Source of the DNA: Candidatus Pacearchaeota archaeon
Lineage (GTDB): Archaea; Nanobdellota; Nanobdellia; Pacearchaeales; GW2011-AR1
Assembly: GCA_050124795.1 (NCBI GenBank)
Contig: JASFEO010000002.1
Location: 26,797-90,796, forward strand
Length of the DNA stretch: 64,000 nt
Direction: 5' to 3'
Shown: in pieces, positions 20,705 through 30,646 of the stretch
Layout of the letters: each line of letters opens with the position of its first letter
How positions within the stretch are numbered: the first letter of the stretch is position 1
Translations under genes and position numbers: made by a program
Notes under the pieces: model-generated
The model's input: the letters and a program-made list of their open reading frames with translations, nothing else
What the model was told of the DNA's origin: nothing
Databases searched by the model: none

Positions 20705-21160
20705 ATGATTTTCATAATAAAAGTAACAACAAACAAAGAAGAACGAGCACTTGACATGATTGCAGACCGCTCTGAGAAAAAACAATTAAGAGTTTATTCT
20801 GTTTCGCGCCCCTTTGGTCTTCGTGGCTACATCTTGCTCGAGGCTGAAGACAGGGAATCTGCCGAAGAAGCAGTTTTCAATCTGCCTTATGTAAAAGGGA
20901 TAATCGGAAAAACAATTGAATACGACGAAATAAAAGGAATGGTGGAACCAACTGCAGCAACAGTATCAATCAAAGAAGGCGACATTGTCGAAATCCTGGC
21001 AGACTCATTTAAAAAAGAAAAAGCAAAAGTTTTAAGAATAGACAAGCAAAAAGAAAAAGTAGTTGTGAGTTTGTTAGGCGCAGTAGTGCCCCTGCCGGTA
21101 ACAATCAATTTAGACAGTGTAAAAGTTATCAGACGTGAAGGAGAAGAAGACAATGAATAG
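20705..21160 (+). CDS. spt5: transcription elongation factor Spt5 (NusG)
   Basis: 151 aa; NGN domain then KOW (EGDIVEILADSFKKEKAKVLRID). Confidence 0.8.
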   Translation: MIFIIKVTTNKEERALDMIADRSEKKQLRVYSVSRPFGLRGYILLEAEDRESAEEAVFNLPYVKGIIGKTIEYDEIKGMVEPTAATVSIKEGDIVEILADSFKKEKAKVLRIDKQKEKVVVSLLGAVVPLPVTINLDSVKVIRREGEEDNE

Positions 21161-21356
21161 ATTAATAAGATTTTATAATGAGAAAATAAGATTGCCTATT
21201 CTAGAAGAGAGAATCTACGGAATTGAATCAAGAATAGAATCTGAAGAATTAAATGGTCCAAAAAGAAATTTCGCATACATAGATTCTTTATCTGACCTGC
21301 TTAATGGATTAAAACAAAGGAAAAATAAATTAAAACAAGGATTAGAAATTAATTAA
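21153..21356 (+). CDS. hypothetical small protein
   Basis: about 67 aa from MNRLIRF; between spt5 and rpl11. Confidence 0.25.
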   Translation: MNRLIRFYNEKIRLPILEERIYGIESRIESEELNGPKRNFAYIDSLSDLLNGLKQRKNKLKQGLEIN

Positions 21357-21482
21357 AATGAAAAATCAACTAATTAAATACTGGAAACCTCATCTTGTGC
21401 GATTTTCGGCGGAGGCAATTAAAAAAATCGCTTCACCGGAACAAGAAGGGAGATTCCAAAGAACCGCTTAGGTTCTTTTGAT

Positions 21483-22109
21483 ATGCAAATTAAAATTTTA
21501 GCAGAAGGCGCAAGCATGAAACCAGGACCAGCACTTTCTCAAAAACTTGGACCAGCTGGAATAAACATAGGACAAGTTATCTCAAAAGTTAATGACGCTA
21601 CAAAAAATTTCAAAGGAATGAAAGTCCCTGTTGAGCTTGATGTTAATCCAACAACAAAAGATTTTGAAGTCCGGGTTTTCTCACCTCCTGTTTCAGAACT
21701 ATTAAAAAAAGAATTAAAAATTGAAAAAGGTTCAGGAGAACAGGCGCAGGTTAAAGTTGCAAATGCCTCAATCGAGGACATAATAAAAGTCGCAATAACA
21801 AAATTCCCAAACATGCTCTGCAATAATTTAAAAACTGCTGTTAAAACTGTTGCAGGAAGTTGCGTAAGCTTAGGAATTTTAATTGAAAACAAAACTGCAT
21901 CAGAAATTGAACAAGATATTGAAGACGGGAAATTTGATAAAGAAATAAATTCTGAAAAAACAGAAACTGAAACAGAGAAGAGAAAAGAGCTTGATGAATT
22001 TTTTTCTAAAGTAAAAGGTGAGCAGGATAAAGTAATAAAACAAAAAGAAGCAGCTAAAGCCGCTGAAGCAGAAAAAGATGAAAAGAAAGCTGAAAAAGCT
22101 AAGAAATAA
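21483..22109 (+). CDS. rpl11: 50S ribosomal protein L11 with long K/E-rich C-terminal extension
   Basis: 208 aa; PGPALSQKLGPAGINIGQ and FSPPVSELL L11 motifs; about 50-aa charged tail. Confidence 0.85.
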   Translation: MQIKILAEGASMKPGPALSQKLGPAGINIGQVISKVNDATKNFKGMKVPVELDVNPTTKDFEVRVFSPPVSELLKKELKIEKGSGEQAQVKVANASIEDIIKVAITKFPNMLCNNLKTAVKTVAGSCVSLGILIENKTASEIEQDIEDGKFDKEINSEKTETETEKRKELDEFFSKVKGEQDKVIKQKEAAKAAEAEKDEKKAEKAKK

Positions 22110-22157
22110 TTTTATAATAAAGTTTTTAAGGAGATATAGGATTGTTTATTTAATATT

Positions 22158-22230
22158 GGGGATATGGGGTAGCCTGGTAGCCTTTCAGGTTTGGGACCTG
22201 ACGACCGCGGTTCAAATCCGCGTATCCCCA
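22158..22230 (+). tRNA. tRNA-Pro (UGG)
   Basis: Cloverleaf folded by hand: acceptor GGGGATA/TATCCCC; anticodon stem TCAGG/CCTGA; loop TTTGGGA; T arm CGCGG-TTCAAAT-CCGCG; no encoded CCA. Confidence 0.75.
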
Positions 22231-22235
22231 TTTTT

Positions 22236-22258
22236 AATATTCAACTTCGTTGAATATT
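22236..22258 (+). terminator. perfect 10-bp hairpin after tRNA-Pro
   Basis: aatattcaac-ttc-gttgaatatt directly after TTTTT. Confidence 0.4.
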
Positions 22259-22457
22259 TTATTTCTGTGCGGTGTTTGCGTAACTCAAGAACAATTAATC
22301 CTCAAATCCCGAGCAATTACGTGGTAGAAGTCCAAAACATTCAAAATAAAAAACTAAAAACTTCGTGCGTGATTGGGAGTTAGTATCCACCTTTATCGCA
22401 AATTGAAAATTTTTCTTAACAATAACCTTTAAAAACCAATTTCTAATCTTTATAATA

Positions 22458-22619
22458 ATGGCAAAACAAACTATTTATGGAGATGAGAATCTTAGTTACA
22501 CAGTTAAGGCAAAAGATATGTCTCCTATAATCGACGGAATCTACATGCACTTGCCTTCAGAAAGAATCTGCGCTCTTGACAAAAGAATGAAAGACGGAGA
22601 ATTAAAATTACGAGAGTAA
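22458..22619 (+). CDS. hypothetical small protein upstream of rpl37ae
   Basis: 53 aa MAKQTIYGDENLSYTVKAKDMSPIIDG...; below ORF-track cutoff. Confidence 0.25.
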   Translation: MAKQTIYGDENLSYTVKAKDMSPIIDGIYMHLPSERICALDKRMKDGELKLRE

Positions 22620-22625
22620 ATTAAT

Positions 22626-22844
22626 ATGCCCACTAAATTAAAAAAAACAAAATCAGCAGGAAGGTTCGGTGCAAAACACGGAATCAGAGTAAGAAAAAAA
22701 TTAGTTAAAGTAGAGGAAAAACAAAGAATTAAACAAAAATGCCCATTTTGCGAAAAGCTTGGTGTCAAGAGATTATCAAAAGGAATCTGGCACTGCAAAA
22801 AATGCAATAAAAAATTCGCAAGCGGCGCATACACAGTCGATTAA
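22626..22844 (+). CDS. rpl37ae: 50S ribosomal protein L37Ae
   Basis: 72 aa; CPFC...WHCKKC zinc ribbon and GAKHGIRVRKK. Confidence 0.8.
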   Translation: MPTKLKKTKSAGRFGAKHGIRVRKKLVKVEEKQRIKQKCPFCEKLGVKRLSKGIWHCKKCNKKFASGAYTVD

Positions 22845-22845
22845 A

Positions 22846-23076
22846 ATGGCAACAGAACAACAAATTGAATATGCAAGTGATTTTGTTAGTTGCATTGAGC
22901 ACATAAAAGAAACTAAGGGGAAGGCTCCTAGATGGGCTACACAATGTAATATTGGGTATGCAAGAAGATGTTATGCTAAAATCAACGAGATAAAAAGTAT
23001 TGTTGTTGGAACTAGTTTAAAAGAATTAAATGCTCTTGAAAAGGAATTCAATTGGGAGGAAACAAAAATTAATTAA
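22846..23076 (+). CDS. hypothetical protein
   Basis: 76 aa from MATEQQIEY. Confidence 0.3.
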   Translation: MATEQQIEYASDFVSCIEHIKETKGKAPRWATQCNIGYARRCYAKINEIKSIVVGTSLKELNALEKEFNWEETKIN

Positions 23077-23077
23077 A

Positions 23078-23215
23078 ATGGCAATTTATAAATGTTTTAA
23101 GTGCGGCAAGAAAATCAAGTCAGCAGACCTTGACAAAAGATTTGTCTGTCCTCATTGCGGAAGCAAGGTTTTCTACAAGCCCCGAACAAAAGTAAAAAAA
23201 ATAAAAGCAGAATAA
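23078..23215 (+). CDS. rpoP: DNA-directed RNA polymerase subunit P (RpoP/Rpb12-like)
   Basis: 45 aa; MAIYKCFKCGKK...CPHCGSKVFYK zinc ribbon. Confidence 0.65.
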   Translation: MAIYKCFKCGKKIKSADLDKRFVCPHCGSKVFYKPRTKVKKIKAE

Positions 23216-23222
23216 TTGCTTT

Positions 23223-23564
23223 TTGAAATTTAATATGGTAGAAAAAGATCAAAATCAAAAAATACAGGAAATGCAAATGCTTGAACAAAATTTGCAAAAT
23301 ATACTTATGCAAAAACAAGCTTTTTCAATGGAACTCAACGAAGCCGCAGCAGCACTAAAAGAAATTAATTCTGCAAATGACGAAGTCTTTAAAATTGTCG
23401 GACAGCTCATGATAAAAACAGACAAAAATAAAATAATTGAAGAACTAACTTCAAAAGAAAAAATCCTTAGCCTAAGACTCAAGTCAATTGAAAAACAAGA
23501 AGAAACAATGACAAAAAAACTCTCTGAATTAAGAGATGAATTTATGAAAGGTATGAAGAAATAA
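23223..23564 (+). CDS. pfdB: prefoldin beta subunit
   Basis: 113 aa; coiled-coil/beta-hairpin/coiled-coil pattern with central DEVFKIVGQLMIKTDK. Confidence 0.65.
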   Translation: MKFNMVEKDQNQKIQEMQMLEQNLQNILMQKQAFSMELNEAAAALKEINSANDEVFKIVGQLMIKTDKNKIIEELTSKEKILSLRLKSIEKQEETMTKKLSELRDEFMKGMKK

Positions 23565-23565
23565 A

Positions 23566-23892
23566 ATGACTGAAGTAAATTTAGAAAAACTTGGGAATGC
23601 TGAAAGATACTTTTGTAGGCAATGCAAGAGTGTCGGCTTATTGCCAAATTCTATGCCTCCCAAAGCTAAGGAAAAACATGATTTGCCTTATGATTTTATT
23701 ATTCCTTTGAGTTGGCCATTTGGTGGAAAAGAAAACATGGAAAATGAAATAAATAATATCATAAAATATGCTAATGAAACCTCACAACTTTTTAGAAAAG
23801 TTGCGCACTATGAAGGTTTACATCCAGTTGCAGGAGGGGCTTTAGCAATTTACCTCGGATTTGAAAATTATTTTGAATCAGGAATGATTTAG
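23566..23892 (+). CDS. hypothetical protein
   Basis: 108 aa. Confidence 0.3.
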   Translation: MTEVNLEKLGNAERYFCRQCKSVGLLPNSMPPKAKEKHDLPYDFIIPLSWPFGGKENMENEINNIIKYANETSQLFRKVAHYEGLHPVAGGALAIYLGFENYFESGMI

Positions 23893-23943
23893 AATTTAAT
23901 TATTAATATAAATATTTTTAAATATTAAATCACTAATTTAATT

Positions 23944-24276
23944 ATGGATTATGAAGTAAACCTTTACAAAGATTCTTTTCAAAGAGAGATAATTCATGGA
24001 AAATTTCCGCATCTTCCTGTACCCAGTACAATAGAATTGGGAAGAACATATGATGAGGTTGCTTTAAAAATACTAAAGACAATCCCAGAAGAAACAAGCA
24101 GATTAACTGTTATTAATAATGAAAAATATTTTTCACTAGATGCTTCTAAAAATGAGATGTCTCCATACAGTGCAGGAATTTCAATTGAGCGAGAAATTTT
24201 TGATTTCATAAAAGACGAATTATTCAAAAAAAGAAAAGACTTGACTTATATATCCCTGCGGCCAGCTTCTTTCTAA
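23944..24276 (+). CDS. hypothetical protein
   Basis: 110 aa. Confidence 0.3.
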   Translation: MDYEVNLYKDSFQREIIHGKFPHLPVPSTIELGRTYDEVALKILKTIPEETSRLTVINNEKYFSLDASKNEMSPYSAGISIEREIFDFIKDELFKKRKDLTYISLRPASF

Positions 24277-24572
24277 CATTTATCTCTAAACTTTCTACAA
24301 CTCTCAACAACTCGATCTTTAAAATCCCTAACAAAACAATATCCTCGTAAAAACTGTTCTCCCCCAAGACAATCCATAAAAAAAGCATAATTCTTCCATC
24401 TTGCTGAATTGTCTTCACGACTCTCACAGGAAATCTCTTCAGGACCTTTGTTCAAATATCTAATTAATCCTTTCATAACTTATTTAGTAATTTCAACCTT
24501 AAATAAATTTATACCCGGACATATATACAAAATCCCCGAAATCTTTATAAATATTCAGTTTATGAAATTAAC

Positions 24573-24962
24573 ATGGTATTTGATAAAATAAAAAAAGCAT
24601 TCTCAGGCGGGGACATTGATGCAGAAAATGAATATCTTGAAATTGACTTAGGACAAAAAGAAAAACAAGACAACAAAGTCCTTGTAAAATTATTCACACT
24701 AAAAAACTACGACGACGTTAATGAAATCCTAAACTCATTAAGAGAAGGTTACACAATCGCGATAATTGATATAAAAGTCTTAAGACAAAAAGATCCAATT
24801 GAATTAAAGCGTGCAGTTTCAAAAATTAAAAAAACAACAGATGCTCTTGAAGGTTCAATTGCAGGATTCGGAGAAAATACCATTATTGTGACACCTTCAT
24901 TTGCAAAAATTCACAAGGAATCAGAAAAACCTGCTGAAGAAAAAAAATCTCGCTGGGATTAA
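24573..24962 (+). CDS. sepF: cell division protein SepF
   Basis: 129 aa; DDVNEILNSLREGYTIAIIDI...ALEGSIAGFGENTIIVTPS matches SepF/DUF552 core. Confidence 0.65.
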   Translation: MVFDKIKKAFSGGDIDAENEYLEIDLGQKEKQDNKVLVKLFTLKNYDDVNEILNSLREGYTIAIIDIKVLRQKDPIELKRAVSKIKKTTDALEGSIAGFGENTIIVTPSFAKIHKESEKPAEEKKSRWD

Positions 24963-25011
24963 TTCTAAAAAACTTTAAAACTTCTCTTTACATTTTATTT
25001 TGATGAAAAAA

Positions 25012-25278
25012 TTAATAATGCCTCTTTGCATAAATTAAATAAAAAACTAAAGTCATATTAAAAGAATAATTTACATACAGCGGAAAATGAGTTATCTTTA
25101 AAATCAAATCATCAATTAAAATATAAGTAAATGTAAATACCTCTCCAAATAACCAAAAAAATAAAAACAACCATGAAAGGTCTCCTGCTTTTTTTGTCCT
25201 CCATGTTTTAATTACCTGAGGAACTGCGCAGATTGCAAATAAAAACGCCCCGGCCCAACCAACAAAAATATGAATCAT
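25012..25278 (-). CDS. PQ-loop / SemiSWEET-like small membrane protein
   Basis: 88 aa, 3 TM; CAVPQVIKTW PQ motif. Confidence 0.45.
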   Translation of the reverse strand: MIHIFVGWAGAFLFAICAVPQVIKTWRTKKAGDLSWLFLFFWLFGEVFTFTYILIDDLILKITHFPLYVNYSFNMTLVFYLIYAKRHY

Positions 25279-25337
25279 AAATTTCTATTATTCTCTAATT
25301 TAAAAAGTTATTTAAATAAATCCCTTTTTTTATTCTA

Positions 25338-25949
25338 ATGAAAACCTTATTCATACCTGCAAAATCAAAACAAGAAATTAATAAAAAAGAATTATTAATA
25401 ATTTCTAAATCTCTCCCAAAAGAAATCGCAATATTTTATTCAATTCAATATTTTAGTCAGGCAAAAGAAATCAAAAAAATATTATCTAAAAAAAAAATAA
25501 TTTCATTTAAACAAGTTTTAGGTTGCTCAAAACCAAAAATTTCAAAAAACACAAAAGCAATCCTCCTAATTTCCGACGGAAAATTCCATGTAACTTCAAT
25601 TGCACTTGAAACAAAACTTCCAACATTTATTTTTATAAACAATAAACTAACAAAAATAAGTGATGAAGAAATTAAAAATTTAGGAAAAAGAAAAAAAGCT
25701 GCATTTGTGAAATTTCTCAATGCAGAAAAAATTGGCATTTTAGTTTCAATAAAACCCGGCCAGGAAAACTTAGAACAAGCAATGAAGCTAAAAAGCAAAT
25801 TAAAACAAAAAGATTCTTACTTATTTTTATCTAATAATATAAACACAAATGAATTTGAAAATTTCCCGCAAATTCAAAGTTGGGTAAACACAGCCTGCCC
25901 GCGAATGGATATGAATGAAAAAGGAATTGTTAATATTTATGATATTTAA
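25338..25949 (+). CDS. Dph2-like (diphthamide synthase domain) protein, short
   Basis: 203 aa; VLGCS and NTACPR Cys-containing segments resemble Dph2 domains 2 and 3; domain 1 absent. Confidence 0.3.
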   Translation: MKTLFIPAKSKQEINKKELLIISKSLPKEIAIFYSIQYFSQAKEIKKILSKKKIISFKQVLGCSKPKISKNTKAILLISDGKFHVTSIALETKLPTFIFINNKLTKISDEEIKNLGKRKKAAFVKFLNAEKIGILVSIKPGQENLEQAMKLKSKLKQKDSYLFLSNNINTNEFENFPQIQSWVNTACPRMDMNEKGIVNIYDI

Positions 25950-25962
25950 TTTTACAAAAAAT

Positions 25963-26445
25963 TTAAATCTTAGTAATACTAAACACACTTCTTAAAGCCA
26001 CAATAATCGTCGCGGGAATAAATAAAACCAAAAGCGCCCCAAAAATTTCCTGGCCCATTAAACCAATTCTTGTTATTCCAAGTAAAGAACCCCCAAACCT
26101 GTCAACAAAACCATCAAGTCCGAATTTGCTCACAATAACTAAAACTGTTCCTGCTAATAAAAAAGTATTTATGTCATCATCTCTGACGTCAACAAAACCA
26201 ATAATAATCCCCATTAATAATAAAATAACATAAAACAACTGATTAAAACTAACAAAAACATCAATTGAAAAAGACTTCACAACAGCGAGCACAATCGCCA
26301 CAACAACACCTGTCAAAAACGCCCATGCCCCGAGTGAATTCTCTTTTGATCTTATCGCCATCTTAAAATAACAGAATATTAATATATAAATATTTCGAAG
26401 GAGAATTAAAATATATATTCCAGAATAGAAAACTTTATAAACCAT
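25963..26445 (-). CDS. polytopic membrane protein
   Basis: 160 aa hydrophobic; likely start MAIRSK. Confidence 0.35.
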   Translation of the reverse strand: MVYKVFYSGIYILILLRNIYILIFCYFKMAIRSKENSLGAWAFLTGVVVAIVLAVVKSFSIDVFVSFNQLFYVILLLMGIIIGFVDVRDDDINTFLLAGTVLVIVSKFGLDGFVDRFGGSLLGITRIGLMGQEIFGALLVLFIPATIIVALRSVFSITKI

Positions 26446-26468
26446 AGTAACTCCGGAATGATTACAAA

Positions 26469-28130
26469 ATGAAAGCTAAAAATTTAACTTTGATAAGTTT
26501 AAGCATTTTAATAAGTTTAGTTCTAATGACTCTGGCAAGTGCAACTTTAACAATCTCATCTCTTGACTATCCGACAAGTGTTGATGATATTGAAGGCTCA
26601 TTCATATTCACTTTTAATATAACTGATACTTCAATAACCCCTATAAGTGTTACTTTTGCTGATTCTACAATTTCTTTTGGTTCTATTTCAATTACTGATT
26701 TAACTAATGAAGATTTAACAACTGCAAAACAAATAACAGGGGCAATTTCTAATTTTGCAGATCAAGGTGGGAACACAATGACTATCACAATTGTTGCAAA
26801 TGAAACAGAAGACCCAACTAATTTAGATTCTGAAACTTTTTCAGTAAACATTAATTTAACTATTCCTTCAGAAGTAACAGAGTGTGAATCAACTGGAAAC
26901 CCCGGAAGTGATTTAAGAATCAAAGAAATTGAATTTACAAACAAAGGAATGAAAATTGGAGACACAACAAAAGAATTTGGGGATGATGATGCATGGTTCC
27001 CTTTGGATGATATTGAAGTCGAAATCACAATTGAAAACAATGGAAACGACGACATAGATAATATTGAAGTTAATTGGGGATTATGGGATACCGAAGCAAA
27101 CGACTGGATAATCGAATTAGATGATGAAAAAGATTTTGACTTAAAAGATGATGATGAAGAAACATTGGCAATCTCATTCAACCTTGAAAGTTCATTAGAT
27201 ATTGACTTAGAAGATTTAGAAGACGGAAACCATTACAGATTTTATGTAATTGCAGAAGGAGAAAACACAGACATTGACGCAGATGTTTGTGAATATGATT
27301 ATGAAGATACAGAAATAGTAATTGAAAAAGACTTTGTAGTCTTGGATAATTTTGAATTTCCTGAAAGTGTTTCATGCGCAGATGAAGTTCAGATAATCGC
27401 AGACACCTGGAATATCGGAGACAGAGACCAGGATGATGTTTATATAAGAATTTATAACACAGAACTTGGAATCAACAATAAAATCGTGGACATCGGCGAC
27501 ATAGATGCATTTGACCATGAAGACTTAAACACAATAATTCAAATTCCGGAAGATGCAAAAGAAAAAATATACCAGCTTAACTTTGAGGTATATGATGAAG
27601 ATGATGATATTTATGAAACAGACTTTGACAATGATGACTCAAGTTTCTACATTCTCTTAAATGTTGCAAGCTGCAAAACCCCGGCAAAAGCAATTGTTTC
27701 AGCCACACTTGAATCAGGAGGGGTCGCAGGAGAAGAATTAGTTGTAAGAGCAACAATTGTAAATTCAGGAAGTGATACAACTTATAATTTGAACTTAGCA
27801 GGATTCAGCACATGGGCAGATTCAGGAAACTTTGATTCAAACACAGTAACTCTTGGAAAAGGTGAACAAAAAGATGTTCTAGCTACATTCCTTGTTAAAG
27901 AAGATGCTTCAGGTGAGCAAACTTTTGATATTGAAGTTTTATCAGACGGAGATTTTGTTTTAACTCAGCCAGTTGCAATAACAATCGAAGAAGCACCAAA
28001 AGGATTTTTATCAGGAATAACCGGAAATGCAATTGGAGGCGGAAATACATACTTGTGGATAATCGGCGCTCTAAATGTAATCCTTGTTGTTATAATTATA
28101 ATTGTTGCAATAAGAGTTGCAAGAAAATAA
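26469..28130 (+). CDS. acidic cell-surface protein with signal peptide and C-terminal TM anchor
   Basis: 553 aa; N-terminal signal; D/E/T-rich; CARDB-like segment; C-terminal hydrophobic helix plus RVARK. Confidence 0.6.
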   Translation: MKAKNLTLISLSILISLVLMTLASATLTISSLDYPTSVDDIEGSFIFTFNITDTSITPISVTFADSTISFGSISITDLTNEDLTTAKQITGAISNFADQGGNTMTITIVANETEDPTNLDSETFSVNINLTIPSEVTECESTGNPGSDLRIKEIEFTNKGMKIGDTTKEFGDDDAWFPLDDIEVEITIENNGNDDIDNIEVNWGLWDTEANDWIIELDDEKDFDLKDDDEETLAISFNLESSLDIDLEDLEDGNHYRFYVIAEGENTDIDADVCEYDYEDTEIVIEKDFVVLDNFEFPESVSCADEVQIIADTWNIGDRDQDDVYIRIYNTELGINNKIVDIGDIDAFDHEDLNTIIQIPEDAKEKIYQLNFEVYDEDDDIYETDFDNDDSSFYILLNVASCKTPAKAIVSATLESGGVAGEELVVRATIVNSGSDTTYNLNLAGFSTWADSGNFDSNTVTLGKGEQKDVLATFLVKEDASGEQTFDIEVLSDGDFVLTQPVAITIEEAPKGFLSGITGNAIGGGNTYLWIIGALNVILVVIIIIVAIRVARK

Positions 28131-28189
28131 TTCTTACTTTTATTTTTCTCGAATTAAAATTATTTAAACCCTGATTTATTAAATAGTCC

Positions 28190-28729
28190 ATGAACAAAAA
28201 AGAAAAAGAGGTTTATGGAATTCTCGCAAGATATCTTTTAATAATTTTTGCAGCCGCCTCAAACCTTTTTATTTTTTACTATATATTCACACCATTAACT
28301 GTTTATCATGTTTATTTTTTACTTCAGATTTTTTTAGATGTAAAATTGTCCGGTAATGTAATCTCCCTCGGCCATTATGCAATATGGATAATAAAAGCAT
28401 GCATTGCAGGTTCTGCATATTATCTTTTATTTATTTTAAATCTGTCAATTCCAAAAATAAATTTAAAAAAAAGATTAAAGATGATTTCTTTTTCATTTTT
28501 GGTTTTGTTAGCCGCAAATATTTTAAGAATAATAATTCTTGTTTTGCTTCTTGGTTCTTTTTGGTTTGACTTTACCCACAAACTTTTCTGGAATCTACTA
28601 AGCACAATTTTTGTCGTCGGAATTTGGTTTCTTGAAGTAAAATTATTTAAGATAAAAAAAATCCCTTTTTATGATGATATAAAAATCCTTTATAAAAACT
28701 CTTTCTTTAAGAAATCTAAGAGAAAATGA
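28190..28729 (+). CDS. polytopic membrane protein (possible minimal exosortase/archaeosortase-like)
   Basis: 179 aa, about 5 TM with conserved Cys and Arg in helices; follows a TM-anchored surface protein. Confidence 0.3.
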   Translation: MNKKEKEVYGILARYLLIIFAAASNLFIFYYIFTPLTVYHVYFLLQIFLDVKLSGNVISLGHYAIWIIKACIAGSAYYLLFILNLSIPKINLKKRLKMISFSFLVLLAANILRIIILVLLLGSFWFDFTHKLFWNLLSTIFVVGIWFLEVKLFKIKKIPFYDDIKILYKNSFFKKSKRK

Positions 28730-29349
28730 TACCTGAATTTTTTTCAAACCTGATTGATTATCTCCTTGATTTTTCTCTTTCAGTTGGTTATATTGGAACT
28801 TTTATCTGGATGCTAATTGAAAGTTCATTTGTTCCATGGCCAAGTGAATTATTATTAATTCCTCAGGGAGCTTTGGTTGCGCAGGGAAAATTAAATTTCT
28901 TAGGAGTTTTAATTGCAGGAATTTTAGGAAGTCTTGCAGGAGCATTAGTAAATTATTTACTTGCATTTTATCTCGGAAGAAAAACTATTAATAAACTTAT
29001 CTTTAGATATGGAAGATTTCTTTTTATTGATGAAAAAAAAATAATAAATTCTGATGGTTATTTTAAAAAGCACGGAAACATAACAACATTTGTTGGAAGA
29101 TTAATTCCTGGAATAAGGCAGTTAATTTCACTTCCTGCTGGTTTTTCAAAAATGAATCTTTCTAAATTTTGTTTATTCACTTCATTGGGCGCGGGAATTT
29201 GGGCGACCGCATTAATTGCAATCGGCTTCTTTTTTGGAAGCAGTATTGATCCGGCTCTAAAAAAAGAAATAACTTTTCTGGCGGTGATTTTTTCTTTTTT
29301 AATCATGTTAATTTATTATTTAACTAAAAAAAGAAAATCTAAAAACTAG
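28726..29349 (+). CDS. DedA/TVP38 family membrane protein
   Basis: 207 aa; FVPWPSELLLIPQG and GRLIPGIRQLISLPAG motifs. Confidence 0.7.
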   Translation: MIPEFFSNLIDYLLDFSLSVGYIGTFIWMLIESSFVPWPSELLLIPQGALVAQGKLNFLGVLIAGILGSLAGALVNYLLAFYLGRKTINKLIFRYGRFLFIDEKKIINSDGYFKKHGNITTFVGRLIPGIRQLISLPAGFSKMNLSKFCLFTSLGAGIWATALIAIGFFFGSSIDPALKKEITFLAVIFSFLIMLIYYLTKKRKSKN

Positions 29350-29996
29350 TTTTGCGCATATGCTTGAATAAATGCTTCAAGCATTAATTTTTCAGTTGCC
29401 TTTAATATCTCGCAATCTGCAACATTTAAATCATATGAATTATCATTTTTTTGGACAATGCTTGTTTCATTTGCTTCTTTAATATTAAGAAACATGTAAT
29501 TACTCTGGGGAATATAAACTTTTATTTCACTTTCATTTTTTGCAATTAAATTAACTCTTAAAACTTCAAGTTTCTGCAAATTTCCAATCGCGATTACCCA
29601 ATCCCCGTCGCAAAAAAGATTTTCAGTATTAACCCCTACAACCATGTTGGGCCTGAAAATAATTTCTCCTTTAATAGGAATGTCATCTAAATCTCTTGGG
29701 TCATTTCTCAAATAAATATTATAATCTGCATCAACTATTTTCCCCGTTATTCCATCTCCGTATGAGACAGGTATGCTTACTCTATAAGGCGCGATCTCGT
29801 CGACAATTGTAAATCCAACACCCTTGTATTCAAAATTTTTCATTGAATTAGCAAATAAATATGCAAACAGAACTATAACAACAATCATCCCGAGAACAAT
29901 AAAAATATTCCTTAATAATTTATTTTGCTTTTCAATTTCCTTTTTAATATTCACTTCAAGTTTTTCATGCTCTTTTTTATTAATCTTTTTTTCCAT
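29346..29996 (-). CDS. N-terminally membrane-anchored hypothetical protein
   Basis: 216 aa; TM at residues about 30-50. Confidence 0.4.
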   Translation of the reverse strand: MEKKINKKEHEKLEVNIKKEIEKQNKLLRNIFIVLGMIVVIVLFAYLFANSMKNFEYKGVGFTIVDEIAPYRVSIPVSYGDGITGKIVDADYNIYLRNDPRDLDDIPIKGEIIFRPNMVVGVNTENLFCDGDWVIAIGNLQKLEVLRVNLIAKNESEIKVYIPQSNYMFLNIKEANETSIVQKNDNSYDLNVADCEILKATEKLMLEAFIQAYAQN

Positions 29997-30035
29997 ATTT
30001 AATCTTCTATTATGAACTTTTTAAATTTTATTGTG

Positions 30036-30611
30036 CTAATCTATATTCATTATTTTAAATAAAAATTCATCTGCAATCTGCGTGAGATTTCCTTCAGGCC
30101 CCTCAATAAAAACACAATTATCCTCCTGAGTTATTTTTACTTCCTCGGCTTTTTTAATTATTATAAAATTATCTTCACAGGTTTTTATTGGCGAATTTTC
30201 ATCACAATCTTCTTCTAAACAAGCTGATTGCGTCCTCTGCACAATCCTTGTATTATAAAATAAATTCCTATAAATTTCAGAACTTGCAAATCCATCCTCA
30301 GAATAAATATAAAGCGGCTTGCCTGAATAACTATTTAATAAATTTATCTCTCCTGAAATTCTTTCAACTTCCCCTGGATTATAAGAAAAATAAAAATTAT
30401 AATTTCCAAGTTCAAGAAACCAATATCCATTTTGGTTAATAAATTCAAAACCATTGTAAGTAACTTTCTCTGATGAACTCTCTGTTTTGCTCCCTCCGCT
30501 GAATGCATAACCCGCAACACTAATAAACATTACAATAACTAAAATCACTCCGAGAATTATCTGATTTCTTCTGTCATTGTTTTTCTTTTTTTCTAAAATA
30601 CTTCGTCTCAT
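30036..30611 (-). CDS. N-terminally membrane-anchored hypothetical protein
   Basis: 191 aa; basic N-terminus then TM. Confidence 0.4.
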   Translation of the reverse strand: MRRSILEKKKNNDRRNQIILGVILVIVMFISVAGYAFSGGSKTESSSEKVTYNGFEFINQNGYWFLELGNYNFYFSYNPGEVERISGEINLLNSYSGKPLYIYSEDGFASSEIYRNLFYNTRIVQRTQSACLEEDCDENSPIKTCEDNFIIIKKAEEVKITQEDNCVFIEGPEGNLTQIADEFLFKIMNID

Positions 30612-30646
30612 AATTTATTTATTTTTTTAGAATATAAAAACTTTAC

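Noticed and set aside
24273-24476. 67-aa Cys-rich minus-strand ORF
   Set aside because: Plausible start and Cys pattern, but it overlaps the end of ORF 23944-24276 and competes with antisense ORFs. Insufficient evidence.
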